IMG/VR virus record: IMGVR_UViG_3300046542_000168
Span: 1-64,000 of that record
From: a virus
DNA length: 64,000 bases
Reading direction: 5' to 3' (one strand)
The translations under genes and the position numbers were made by a program. Shown here in pieces: positions 35,735-44,166 of this stretch (its first letter is position 1; each line of letters opens with the position of its first letter). The notes below the pieces were generated by a model. It had not been told where the DNA came from. It saw only the letters and a program-made list of their open reading frames with translations, and did no database searches.

Positions 35735-36279
35735 TAGTGATGCGTGATAATTTCTTTAGTATCGAGAAGAGCTTTAATCTCATCCCAGTTCCAGGGAGAC
35801 ATATCCGCTTCAGGGCGGTTGTCGATCCCCACGTTCAAGCTACGGCCCCGGACATTTCCGTAAGTGGCATGTACATGCCCGAACAAATGGAAGGCGCCTC
35901 GATGACACTGGTTCCACTCGTGAATCGGATAATGGAACATGCAAACCCGCTGAGTTCCGATCTTGATTTCCTTGTAATCCTGGCGAGAGTTGAAGTACTG
36001 GGCAAACTTAGCCGCTCTCAGTGCTTCGTCGTGATTGCCATAGATCAGATGGATATCGCCTTTCAGTCGTTTCAGTAGTTGCTCAGTCTGTTCAATGCTG
36101 CCGAACGATACGTCTCCAAGGTGATAGATCCGGTCCCCTGGGCGAACACACTGATTCCAGTTGTAAATCATCAGTTCGTTGTGTTCTTCCAGGGAAACCT
36201 GGGGCCTTGTATCGGGACAGAACTGCTGTACTCGGTTGTGGTGCCAATGTGTGTCAGATGTGAACCAGATGTTCGTCAT
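35734..36279 (-). CDS. Metallophosphoesterase
   Basis: SDTH, HLGD, GNHD, HYP, GHVH, NVGID. Confidence 0.88.
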   Translation of the reverse strand: MTNIWFTSDTHWHHNRVQQFCPDTRPQVSLEEHNELMIYNWNQCVRPGDRIYHLGDVSFGSIEQTEQLLKRLKGDIHLIYGNHDEALRAAKFAQYFNSRQDYKEIKIGTQRVCMFHYPIHEWNQCHRGAFHLFGHVHATYGNVRGRSLNVGIDNRPEADMSPWNWDEIKALLDTKEIITHH

Positions 36280-36542
36280 TCAAGCCACACATAGCCCTCA
36301 GCGAACAGCTCAGGCACAGCAGCCTCGAAGGCTAGTTCAACTTCACGCTCAAATTCACGGGCCTCATCAGCGGTTGTGAATTCATCCTCTAGTACAGTAG
36401 CGAGGATCATTGTGATTACCTCATCTTCCACCATGTCGATATCGCGAATGAAAGCTTTAACTGCCTCCTTGGGATCAGTGGCACGCTCGATGGCATTATT
36501 CAGGCTACGGGTGGTTTCAATTGCAAGTGCAACAACGGTCAT
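36276..36542 (-). CDS. Hypothetical acidic protein
   Basis: ATGA-coupled ORF. Confidence 0.6.
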   Translation of the reverse strand: MTVVALAIETTRSLNNAIERATDPKEAVKAFIRDIDMVEDEVITMILATVLEDEFTTADEAREFEREVELAFEAAVPELFAEGYVWLE

Positions 36543-37132
36543 GGTGTATCCCTATAAAATTTATGTTTGCCGACTGTGGCGACGTATTGCATCTTGTTCG
36601 TCCACTTCGGCCTAACTTTTAAAGTGTGGTAGTGGTCAGACTTCCCGATGGGATTCTCAACCTCTCCGTGAAGTACCTGATAACTCGTGATGTACGCTCG
36701 TTCCCAGTCCTCTGGCTTAGGCTTAACCTTCTGCCGTTTCGTGACATATGAGAACTGAGCCTTCTGGTTAACAACCCCTCTAACTGTCTTTGGCCAGCGA
36801 GCAGGGTTCTTAGTACGTTCAACAATGACGTAGCCGACAGCTACAGCCCCCATCATGGATTCGCCTCTGGCTTCATATACCAGGGCCTCAGCCATCTTTG
36901 AGCATTCACTACTCCGCTTACAACGTTGCTGCCGATCTGTATCAGTTAACTCTCTGGGGTACTGCTTTTTAGCAACAGCGGCGTAGTTCAAACTCACCGG
37001 GACAACTTCTTTTCGGCTGTACTGCTCAGCCCAGGAAGCGAATGTCTGATCCACTGCCCAGTCACAAGTGTGCAACACAATCGCAAGACACAAGGCCATT
37101 GCGTAGAACTGGAAATCAGCCCGGTGAAACAT
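36539..37132 (-). CDS. SleB-like cell wall hydrolase
   Basis: YEARGES, WPKTVRGVVNQKAQFS, HYH...PKW...VGKHKFY. Confidence 0.88.
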   Translation of the reverse strand: MFHRADFQFYAMALCLAIVLHTCDWAVDQTFASWAEQYSRKEVVPVSLNYAAVAKKQYPRELTDTDRQQRCKRSSECSKMAEALVYEARGESMMGAVAVGYVIVERTKNPARWPKTVRGVVNQKAQFSYVTKRQKVKPKPEDWERAYITSYQVLHGEVENPIGKSDHYHTLKVRPKWTNKMQYVATVGKHKFYRDTP

Positions 37133-37142
37133 GCCCTACTCC

Positions 37143-37493
37143 TTACAACAGCGCGACCTTGTGTTGCCGAACGGTCACGTTTCTACGGAGATTACGACCA
37201 GCGAGCCATACTTTCTTAATAAAGCCCTGCCCTTTAAGGGGCTCTCCCATCGCCGCCATGGTGTTGTTGTAAAGTGCAACCATGTTATCCAAGGTCATGA
37301 CACGGCTTGCAGGATTGTCGATCACAAATAGCCCTTGCTGGACCTGATAACCCTGGAAGTTCGCAAACTTCTCCAGGCACATCAATTGCAACTGGCTGGT
37401 GTCGTAAATCTGCGTGTTATCCTCGGGGAGCGACTTCAGGTTCTCCATGATCGTAAAAATGTATTTATCTAGGTGATGCTCGATACGCTGCAT
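37143..37493 (-). CDS. Hypothetical protein
   Basis: Coupled ORF. Confidence 0.6.
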   Translation of the reverse strand: MQRIEHHLDKYIFTIMENLKSLPEDNTQIYDTSQLQLMCLEKFANFQGYQVQQGLFVIDNPASRVMTLDNMVALYNNTMAAMGEPLKGQGFIKKVWLAGRNLRRNVTVRQHKVALL

Positions 37494-37960
37494 TAATTGT
37501 CCATTTGCGTAATAAAGTTTAAATCGTCCATGCTCAACTCTGTGTACTCGTCCCCGTGTTGTAGCAGAACTCGCACACCGGCATTCAGGAAGTGGGCCAG
37601 CCCTTCTGTTGTTCGGTAGAACTCCTTAAAGACAAACTCCTTAATCCCCGCGTCCACAATATCTACCGCACACAGATAACAACTCGAATGCGTACAGAAC
37701 ATCGTGGCACCAACGGCGCTCTCAGAAGACCTTACAAGACCCATAAGAGCGTTCTTCTCGCTATGCCGTACCTCTGGCTTAGTTTTGTCGTTGCTGTCCT
37801 CCAGCGGCCCGTGTAGGTGCTCAGGAAGAGCGTTATACCCACACGAGATGATACGGTTGCCTTTAACAATCACCGTACCTACTTTCAGACGTTCTCCAAC
37901 ACTGCAACCAGCGAAAGCGTGAGCACATGACATATAAGCGTGCATGTGTTTGAGCTTCAT
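37493..37960 (-). CDS. dCMP deaminase
   Basis: KVGTVIV, GYN, HSEKNA, CYLC. Confidence 0.85.
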   Translation of the reverse strand: MKLKHMHAYMSCAHAFAGCSVGERLKVGTVIVKGNRIISCGYNALPEHLHGPLEDSNDKTKPEVRHSEKNALMGLVRSSESAVGATMFCTHSSCYLCAVDIVDAGIKEFVFKEFYRTTEGLAHFLNAGVRVLLQHGDEYTELSMDDLNFITQMDN

Positions 37961-38187
37961 GGGTAAATGATGAACACCTTATGCACCTGCTGACTCTCTT
38001 CGTTTACATCAACCTCTAACAACGTGTCGTAAGTGGTCTGAAGATCCTCTGTAATAAAACAGAAGTCAGTGCCTCGGGCGTAGTCATAACTGTTGCCCTC
38101 ACTGTCACCCTGGACAACGATAGGGTTATCACCAAACCTTTCGATATCAAGCTTAAGCTGTCGAACCAGTTCACTCGCTAGTAGCAC
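37957..38187 (-). CDS. Hypothetical protein
   Basis: GTG start after GGAG. Confidence 0.55.
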   Translation of the reverse strand: MLLASELVRQLKLDIERFGDNPIVVQGDSEGNSYDYARGTDFCFITEDLQTTYDTLLEVDVNEESQQVHKVFIIYP

Positions 38188-38548
38188 AAGCCAACTCCGA
38201 TTCAATTTGCAGATACGCTCGCATCGCACCAACACGGAAATCCACCAAGTTCTTATTCATGCGGAACTCTGCCGGGTAGAACTGCCGTTCAAGTTGCTCT
38301 GGTGATACGGTAATGTAGTTGCCGAAGTCCGTGAGAATGCAATACCAAGTGAAGGGGACTTCTTCAATTGTTTCCTCAATTACCTCGACAACGATCCCGT
38401 TGCCAGTGCGGCGACCATCTCTGGTCGATAGCTGAGCATACAGTTCCACTTCGCCGTGCAAGTTCTTGTCGGCCCAGTGCGGTAAGCGGTATTCGTACTT
38501 CAGCCCAGGGTGTGGCCCACGAGTCGTACCAGTTTCAATTGCACTCAT
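38171..38548 (-). CDS. Hypothetical protein
   Basis: TRDGRRTGNG motif; coupled. Confidence 0.65.
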   Translation of the reverse strand: MSAIETGTTRGPHPGLKYEYRLPHWADKNLHGEVELYAQLSTRDGRRTGNGIVVEVIEETIEEVPFTWYCILTDFGNYITVSPEQLERQFYPAEFRMNKNLVDFRVGAMRAYLQIESELACATSE

Positions 38549-38817
38549 TACACATCCTTCGGCAGTCCGGCGTTAACCATGCCGAGTACTGCGGTTTTAA
38601 TCAGACTGAAGAAGTTTTTCACAATCCGGCATGGCAGCAGGATAGGACCAATGAACGCTTCGCCCAGGACTTCATAGAAGTCAGATTCAGTTACACGGCG
38701 ACCTTGAGCTTGACGCTCGAAGCGGAGTGCGAACAAGGCGTAGATCACATACACGGCGTAGATAACGCCGTAAGCAATTGCAATGGCCAACCACTTGGCC
38801 AGGATAAAATCAATCAT
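38548..38817 (-). CDS. Membrane protein
   Basis: Hydrophobic N-terminus; coupled. Confidence 0.6.
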   Translation of the reverse strand: MIDFILAKWLAIAIAYGVIYAVYVIYALFALRFERQAQGRRVTESDFYEVLGEAFIGPILLPCRIVKNFFSLIKTAVLGMVNAGLPKDV

Positions 38818-39005
38818 TTAATTCTCTCGAAGTATTCGTCAAACAGGATCACTTCCCCAATGGACTCGATATCTACAAAGAAGAGGTCTTCGTCCTCATC
38901 TAGGTCAACGATCAGACCTTCTAGTCCTAGTAGTTGGTGTTTGCCGTTTTTGTTTCCCCAGCTAAATTCTTTAACTATTCGAACTTTGTCGTTGATCTGA
39001 AACAT
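38814..39005 (-). CDS. Hypothetical protein
   Basis: FQINDKVRI KOW-like start. Confidence 0.55.
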   Translation of the reverse strand: MFQINDKVRIVKEFSWGNKNGKHQLLGLEGLIVDLDEDEDLFFVDIESIGEVILFDEYFERIK

Positions 39006-39153
39006 CTCGTCCCTCTAGTTTCCGCCAAGCGGCATCAGTTTCTTTCAGAAGTGTGTCCAGCTCTTTCCACTTCTTCTCCTTGTAAAGCTCCAGGGCTTTA
39101 CTACCAGGGGCAAGGTAATGCCCTGGCCTGTATTCAACGGCATCGCGGTACAT
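38971..39153 (-). CDS. Hypothetical protein
   Basis: Small co-oriented ORF. Confidence 0.55.
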   Translation of the reverse strand: MYRDAVEYRPGHYLAPGSKALELYKEKKWKELDTLLKETDAAWRKLEGRDVSDQRQSSNS

Positions 39154-39198
39154 ATTGAGCCTTCGGAGATTGGCGCCCGCATAACAGGCGCCATATAA

Positions 39199-39867
39199 TT
39201 ACTCGTCGTCTTGTGCTTCGAAGTACTGCTTCATCTCGGCCATCTCTTGCTCTTCTTTCTCTGCCCGGTACGCAGCGTACTTAGGCAAGCGATCACGCAA
39301 ATCATCTGCGTGGAAGTACAAGTCCCGGCCATAGTCGAGAATCTGCACGAACTCTTCATCTGTGAGGAAGCCAGCGTATGTACGCTCTACCCACTCACGG
39401 TTGATTCGCTCCGTATAGGCGACGCTCAATCGAACATCCGACTCTTTGCCGTAGCCTGGAGAGTAGGAGCAGGCATGAATCATCATGGTGCTGCTGTCGT
39501 AAACGACCCACTCATCAGCGTGCAAAGCAATCGCGGAACATGCACTAGCACAGGTCAAGCCAATTTCAGCAATGATCTTCGCACGGCATTCATCCATTCG
39601 ACGGCAGAGGTAGTCACAAGTCTCCATACTTCCGCCTGGGGAAGAGAGTTGGAAATAAACCTCGTCGTCTTCAGTGGCGTGAGCAAGAATCTCTACTTCC
39701 TCACCGAACTCATCAATCTCGCCAATCGGTACAGTGATCGGAATTACAAACTCCGTGAACACTTTCTGACGGGCAATGATGTTCTTCGGTCGCTGGCCAG
39801 AGATAGGCATCAATGCCATACCATCTGGGTAAACACCGTCATTCACCTTCTTGTTCTTATCAGTCAT
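39199..39867 (-). CDS. ClpP-like protease
   Basis: LSSPGGS, CASACS, MMIH. Confidence 0.8.
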   Translation of the reverse strand: MTDKNKKVNDGVYPDGMALMPISGQRPKNIIARQKVFTEFVIPITVPIGEIDEFGEEVEILAHATEDDEVYFQLSSPGGSMETCDYLCRRMDECRAKIIAEIGLTCASACSAIALHADEWVVYDSSTMMIHACSYSPGYGKESDVRLSVAYTERINREWVERTYAGFLTDEEFVQILDYGRDLYFHADDLRDRLPKYAAYRAEKEEQEMAEMKQYFEAQDDE

Positions 39868-40655
39868 CACCATGCCCCCTGACTTTCGAAGATGCTGGCC
39901 AAGTGGCCAGAGATTCCCGAACGGCAGTTGTGCTCAGGTGAAAACTTGATAACTACAGCGTCCTCGTGCGGGTGAGCTGCCAGAGCCTCTTCCAACTTCT
40001 TCAAACCGTTTTCAGCAGGCTTGAGGGCCGACTGAGTGATGTCCCCTGCACAGATGAGTTGGCAACCCTCTTCCATGCGTGTAACCAGGGCCTTGATTTG
40101 AGCCGGGTAAGCGTTCTGAAGCTCGTCTGCAAGGATGATCGTGCGAGGGCCGAACGACAGCCCCTGAATCTTCTCGATAGGCACGATCTGGATGCCGGAT
40201 GCTTCTTGAAAGAGCCCTTCCTGTACTTCATACCGGAAGTTGTTCTGCAAGATGCCGATGCCCAGGTACTTCTTAAACTTGGTCAACATGCTCATACAGA
40301 ACGGCAAGAGCTTCTGAGTGTCGTTGCCCGTTACAGCGCCGTAGTCATTCCCCAGGGACTGGTGCGGACGGCAGATTACGATGTTGTCAATCTTACCTTC
40401 CAGCCACAACTTACTGGCCCACCAAGCCATCAGTTCTGTTTTACCAGTACCAGCAGAGCCCGACAGAACAATCATCTGCTTCTCAACGAATGCAGCGAGA
40501 GCCAACTTCTGGGGGGCACTTTTAGCGGAGAGCGCTACAACACGGGCCGCTCGTTCTTCCTGAAAGCTCTCCTTCTTCGGAGGGCGTCCACCTTGCTCTT
40601 GCTTATTAACTTCACGGGCTTGTTTTACAGCCTGTTGCGTTCTCTTACTTCCCAA
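39867..40655 (-). CDS. phoH: PhoH-family ATPase
   Basis: GSAGTGKT, QGLSF, ADELQN, TRM, GDITQS. Confidence 0.9.
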   Translation of the reverse strand: MGSKRTQQAVKQAREVNKQEQGGRPPKKESFQEERAARVVALSAKSAPQKLALAAFVEKQMIVLSGSAGTGKTELMAWWASKLWLEGKIDNIVICRPHQSLGNDYGAVTGNDTQKLLPFCMSMLTKFKKYLGIGILQNNFRYEVQEGLFQEASGIQIVPIEKIQGLSFGPRTIILADELQNAYPAQIKALVTRMEEGCQLICAGDITQSALKPAENGLKKLEEALAAHPHEDAVVIKFSPEHNCRSGISGHLASIFESQGAW

Positions 40656-40744
40656 TCTACAGCTCCATCTGTTTCTTGAATAACGAGCATCATTTCTCGC
40701 CTGTATCTTCGCCGGACATCTTCACTAATGAACGGCGATGAATC

Positions 40745-41134
40745 TCACTTCTTAAGCGGAACTCCTTTCACCTTAGATACACGCTTGTGCATACGGATCA
40801 ATGCAGTAGATGCAGTGCCCATATCCAGTGGATACTTAGGGTTCTCGAAAATGCTCTTGAAGTTGTTTGCCATGCGACTGATAGCCATGACGTTACCAGG
40901 GACGTAGCCCTTGGTATTGTCGATGCGGTCGATGGTGATGTCTGTGGGCCTCGGTGTGCTCAGGCTGGGCTTAGTCATAAGCACTCCTGTGTAAGGGCAC
41001 ACCGTGCAACGCATCATGTTTCGGAAGCTAACTAGGCTGATTGCCCAGTTAATGTTTCGCTCGCTAGCGGAGCGGGACTTGCCTATGTAGTATTCAGCGA
41101 CAAAGCGCTCAAACTCGGCGGAAATGAATTTCAT
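40745..41134 (-). CDS. Putative His-Me-finger-like endonuclease
   Basis: CPYTG...TIDRIDNTKGYVPGNV. Confidence 0.65.
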   Translation of the reverse strand: MKFISAEFERFVAEYYIGKSRSASERNINWAISLVSFRNMMRCTVCPYTGVLMTKPSLSTPRPTDITIDRIDNTKGYVPGNVMAISRMANNFKSIFENPKYPLDMGTASTALIRMHKRVSKVKGVPLKK

Positions 41135-41168
41135 GGTCTTACTGACTTCCTGACTTACTTACTTACAG

Positions 41169-41447
41169 TTAACGAGTGAATCGGCCTGTCTCAGAGTCAC
41201 GCTGACGCACACCAACTAACCCGAATGGGGTGTCTTGCCATACTTCAGCTACAAGCTTGTGGACGTACCGAGTCTTACCACCCAGGCATACGCGGTGATA
41301 CCGAAGCTCAGGTTTGTCCGGTTGCGGAGTGATGCTGGAGGCAGTGAGGAACCGTCCGGTCCTCGTGCTCCACACCCGGCCATCCTCAGTCACATAGTGG
41401 TGAGGGAAGCCCTTGCATTTCCGTACCTCTACATCCGGCAAGATCAT
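41169..41447 (-). CDS. NUMOD4/HNH-endonuclease-derived protein lacking the HNH core
   Basis: YVTEDGRVWS...YVHKLVAE, then an unrelated tail. Confidence 0.6.
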   Translation of the reverse strand: MILPDVEVRKCKGFPHHYVTEDGRVWSTRTGRFLTASSITPQPDKPELRYHRVCLGGKTRYVHKLVAEVWQDTPFGLVGVRQRDSETGRFTR

Positions 41448-41749
41448 CGCTGTTGGCCCCGTCGTGTGTGGGTTCCAGTGCAGGTTGGGGTCTTCCGGCT
41501 CTTCGAAATCTCCGAGCTGTTGACCGTATAGCGACCCTTGCCGAATAGCTCGTCACACGCCTCCTGAGCCTTCGCCCTGGCACGAGTGTGGTAGTAGTAG
41601 TACTGACCCATGGCAGACCGTGTAAAGAAGGTTGCCGGGGCTTCGAATTCGTAGTCTGCGAACTGCTCAAACTCTACGACGCTGTACTGTACACCGGCAG
41701 AAACCTGCTCGGCAGGGGTGAAATCGTTTTCTTGCGCACTTACGTTCAT
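41444..41749 (-). CDS. Phage hypothetical protein, first gene of the leftward arm
   Basis: AAGGA RBS, downstream of a promoter. Confidence 0.7.
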   Translation of the reverse strand: MNVSAQENDFTPAEQVSAGVQYSVVEFEQFADYEFEAPATFFTRSAMGQYYYYHTRARAKAQEACDELFGKGRYTVNSSEISKSRKTPTCTGTHTRRGQQR

Positions 41750-41785
41750 TACTGTCTTACTTCCTTACCATGTTGCTAGGCCGCC

Positions 41786-41813
41786 ATCGTAGCAGCAGGA
41801 AAACAGCCGTCAA
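41786..41813 (-). promoter_or_regulatory. Leftward sigma70-like promoter
   Basis: TTGACG-16-TACGAT. Confidence 0.55.
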
Positions 41814-41939
41814 CAGGGCAAAAACAAAAAAGTGGCACACTAACCATTTAACATGAGTATTTTTACGAAACAGCGAAATGGTGGCACCGTGACCACTTGA
41901 CAGGTAGGAATTTCATGTTAAGGTCGCCAGACCTTGTAT

Positions 41940-42092
41940 AATACTTCTTAACTCTATTAAGGATTCTATTACTTCTCTACTCTATTACTTATCTACTTTA
42001 AGTATTAACTCTAAGATATATAACTCTATTATATATTCTATTCTTTTACTCTATTATGTACTCTATTAAGAATTCTATTAAGAGTTCTATAA
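41940..42092. repeat. AT-rich TCTATTA repeat tract, candidate replication origin
   Basis: Seven TCTATTA copies plus variants in about 150 bp at the strand switch. Confidence 0.6.
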
Positions 42093-42180
42093 GTCAGAGC
42101 AGGCGCCGGTCCTCGGCCCCCATCTATAGAGTCCTCCCTGGCTGCTTAGCCACCCCACCCCCTTACCCCTGGAGTCCACT

Positions 42181-42381
42181 ATGGAAGCCTCCCCACCCGT
42201 GTGTCCTGTCCACGGCCTCACAGACGTAATGCCCACCAGTGGCCGCTGCCGCGTCTGTATCGAAGAAAGCAACAATGAAGCCCGCCCCTACCTCGAAACC
42301 GCCCATACCGTGGCGGAATTGTGTCGAACTGTTAACAGATACTTGCGAGACAACCAGAAATCTGATACATCTATCGCGTAG
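42181..42381 (+). CDS. Small Zn-finger-like protein
   Basis: CPVH...CRVC; GGAG RBS. Confidence 0.5.
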   Translation: MEASPPVCPVHGLTDVMPTSGRCRVCIEESNNEARPYLETAHTVAELCRTVNRYLRDNQKSDTSIA

Positions 42382-42501
42382 CATCGGTCCAATAGACTGC
42401 CTCTATTTGTGAAAAGTCCCACACTTCGGTACACTCGTCTCCAGCACTTAATGACGCGGTGGTATGCTGGCCGCTTAGTTAGTGAAACTTGATTAACGAG
42501 G

Positions 42502-42957
42502 TTGACGACCATGACGAACACAGCACATAACATCATAGCAAAGCCCCTAATTAGAATGGCAAGTAAGAAACTCGGACTTAGGATATGTTATCTGTCGAGT
42601 CGCGCAGTAAGTACTATTCAGAAAATGCCCGATGGTAAGTATGTTGTTGTAAACGTCTACGAAAAGAAGATTTCCGAATACACTAAATATTCACAGGCTA
42701 GAAAAGCAGCGGAAAGAGCCTCCATGGTCCCCTTCCGTCGCAAGAGCCCGAAGGAGGTTCCAGATACAGTGCTTCAGGTCTGCCACAAGGCGGGTAGAGC
42801 CATTAGCACAATCCAGAAGATGCCAGATGGAAAGTGGATGGTTGTGAAGCTGTATGAAGAGCGCGTCAATGAGTACGACGAATACTCAGTGGCAGAAGAA
42901 GTCGCAACAAGAGCTGCAATGCAACACGCACCTCGCACCACTAAGGACGCCGCGTAA
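42502..42957 (+). CDS. Hypothetical protein with a duplicated ~45-aa domain (start uncertain)
   Basis: RAVSTIQKMPDGKYVVV and RAISTIQKMPDGKWMVV. Confidence 0.65.
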   Translation: MTTMTNTAHNIIAKPLIRMASKKLGLRICYLSSRAVSTIQKMPDGKYVVVNVYEKKISEYTKYSQARKAAERASMVPFRRKSPKEVPDTVLQVCHKAGRAISTIQKMPDGKWMVVKLYEERVNEYDEYSVAEEVATRAAMQHAPRTTKDAA

Positions 42958-43082
42958 TAAAGGAAGTCTGTAAGGACGTGCCGAGCATCGAACAACAGTG
43001 AAGTGGTTTGGGGAGATGTATGCCGTCGGCACAACATAGAGAGGCAGTAAGGGATTTCTCTACAGCGAACAAAGATACCAGA

Positions 43083-43319
43083 ATGGATATCGGCGGTCAG
43101 GTAGCAGAACGGAGAGAAGCACTAGGGCTCACCTCAACGCAACTGGCAGAAGACGCACAGATCACGGAGATGAGCTTGCACATGCTAGAGCGTGGGGGTG
43201 GATTTGATGGAGGGCATACTGTGGCTTGTGCCGTCCTTAAAGCGCTAGCTAGGCTTGAAAGCGCGAACGAGGGACGGCCTGACTTCCAGTTGGCCCGGAT
43301 CAGATTCATGAGAAATTAG
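43083..43319 (+). CDS. XRE-family HTH regulator
   Basis: RREALGLTSTQLAEDAQITEMSLHMLERG. Confidence 0.75.
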   Translation: MDIGGQVAERREALGLTSTQLAEDAQITEMSLHMLERGGGFDGGHTVACAVLKALARLESANEGRPDFQLARIRFMRN

Positions 43320-43329
43320 CTGAAACAGC

Positions 43330-43358
43330 TTGACAAATCGGAGAAGCCATGGTATAAA
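43330..43358 (+). promoter_or_regulatory. Strong sigma70-like promoter
   Basis: TTGACA-17-TATAAA. Confidence 0.75.
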
Positions 43359-43428
43359 CCCCGACTTCTTCGATTTGTTTTCTCTTACACTAAGCCGATT
43401 TTCTTCCACACTTTCTCAACTTTCCCTG

Positions 43429-43456
43429 TTGACAGGAGTTGAAAGTCGTGTAGTAT
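43429..43456 (+). promoter_or_regulatory. Second sigma70-like promoter
   Basis: TTGACA-16-TAGTAT. Confidence 0.55.
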
Positions 43457-43537
43457 GGCGTCTCCAGTTTGCTCAAGGGCAGACTGACGTAAGAACAGAA
43501 TTTATTTCAGTAAGTCAGTAAGACAGGAAGAACTAAA

Positions 43538-44152
43538 GTGACCCAGATTTCCGTAACTCGTGCTCTCGCCCAGGTTAAGAGCCTGAATGACCGCATTCAA
43601 CGTGGCACCGTAGCACAGTTCATCGCAATTGCCGTAGGTGGTAAGGTTTCCGGTAAGTCCTCTGTTCAAGAGGCAGAGCAAACCGTTACTAGCAACCTAC
43701 AGTCCGTCCAGGGCCTAATTGCCCAGCGGAACACCCTCAAATCAGCCATCGTCAAGAGCAACGCGACCACTACGGTGTCGATCGCCGGTAAAGTCATGAC
43801 TGTGGCTGAGGCCATCGAGCGTAAGTCCTCGATCATCCTCGAACACAACCTACTCCAGCAGATCCGTGGCCAGCAGAATCAAGCCATTGCTGCTGTAGAT
43901 CGCCACAACGTCGATGTACGTCAACGCTGTGACAATCTCCTGGCCCAGGCTTATGGCCGTGACGTGAAGATCAGCGAGGCCGACAGTCAGGCTATCACCG
44001 GCCCATACGAAGAGAAGCACAAAGCTGCTCTGGTAGATGCGAACAAGCTGGACACTGTTATCGAAAAGATGCAGGCCGAGTTGGACGCTTTTACCCTGGA
44101 AGTAGACTTCGCCCTGAGTGAAGTAAACGCTAAGACTCTGATCGAAGCGTAA
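43538..44152 (+). CDS. Coiled-coil helical-hairpin protein (possibly DIP1984-like)
   Basis: ISVTRAL...LNDRI, MTVAEAIERK, VDFALSEVNAKT; all-helical; family resemblance is from recall only. Confidence 0.8.
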   Translation: MTQISVTRALAQVKSLNDRIQRGTVAQFIAIAVGGKVSGKSSVQEAEQTVTSNLQSVQGLIAQRNTLKSAIVKSNATTTVSIAGKVMTVAEAIERKSSIILEHNLLQQIRGQQNQAIAAVDRHNVDVRQRCDNLLAQAYGRDVKISEADSQAITGPYEEKHKAALVDANKLDTVIEKMQAELDAFTLEVDFALSEVNAKTLIEA

Positions 44153-44166
44153 CACAGTTCAAACAA

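Noticed and set aside
14832-40679. Long plus-strand ORFs (e.g. 14832-15521, 23471-24061, 39211-39882, 39966-40679)
   Set aside because: Antisense shadows of well-supported minus-strand genes, with no motifs
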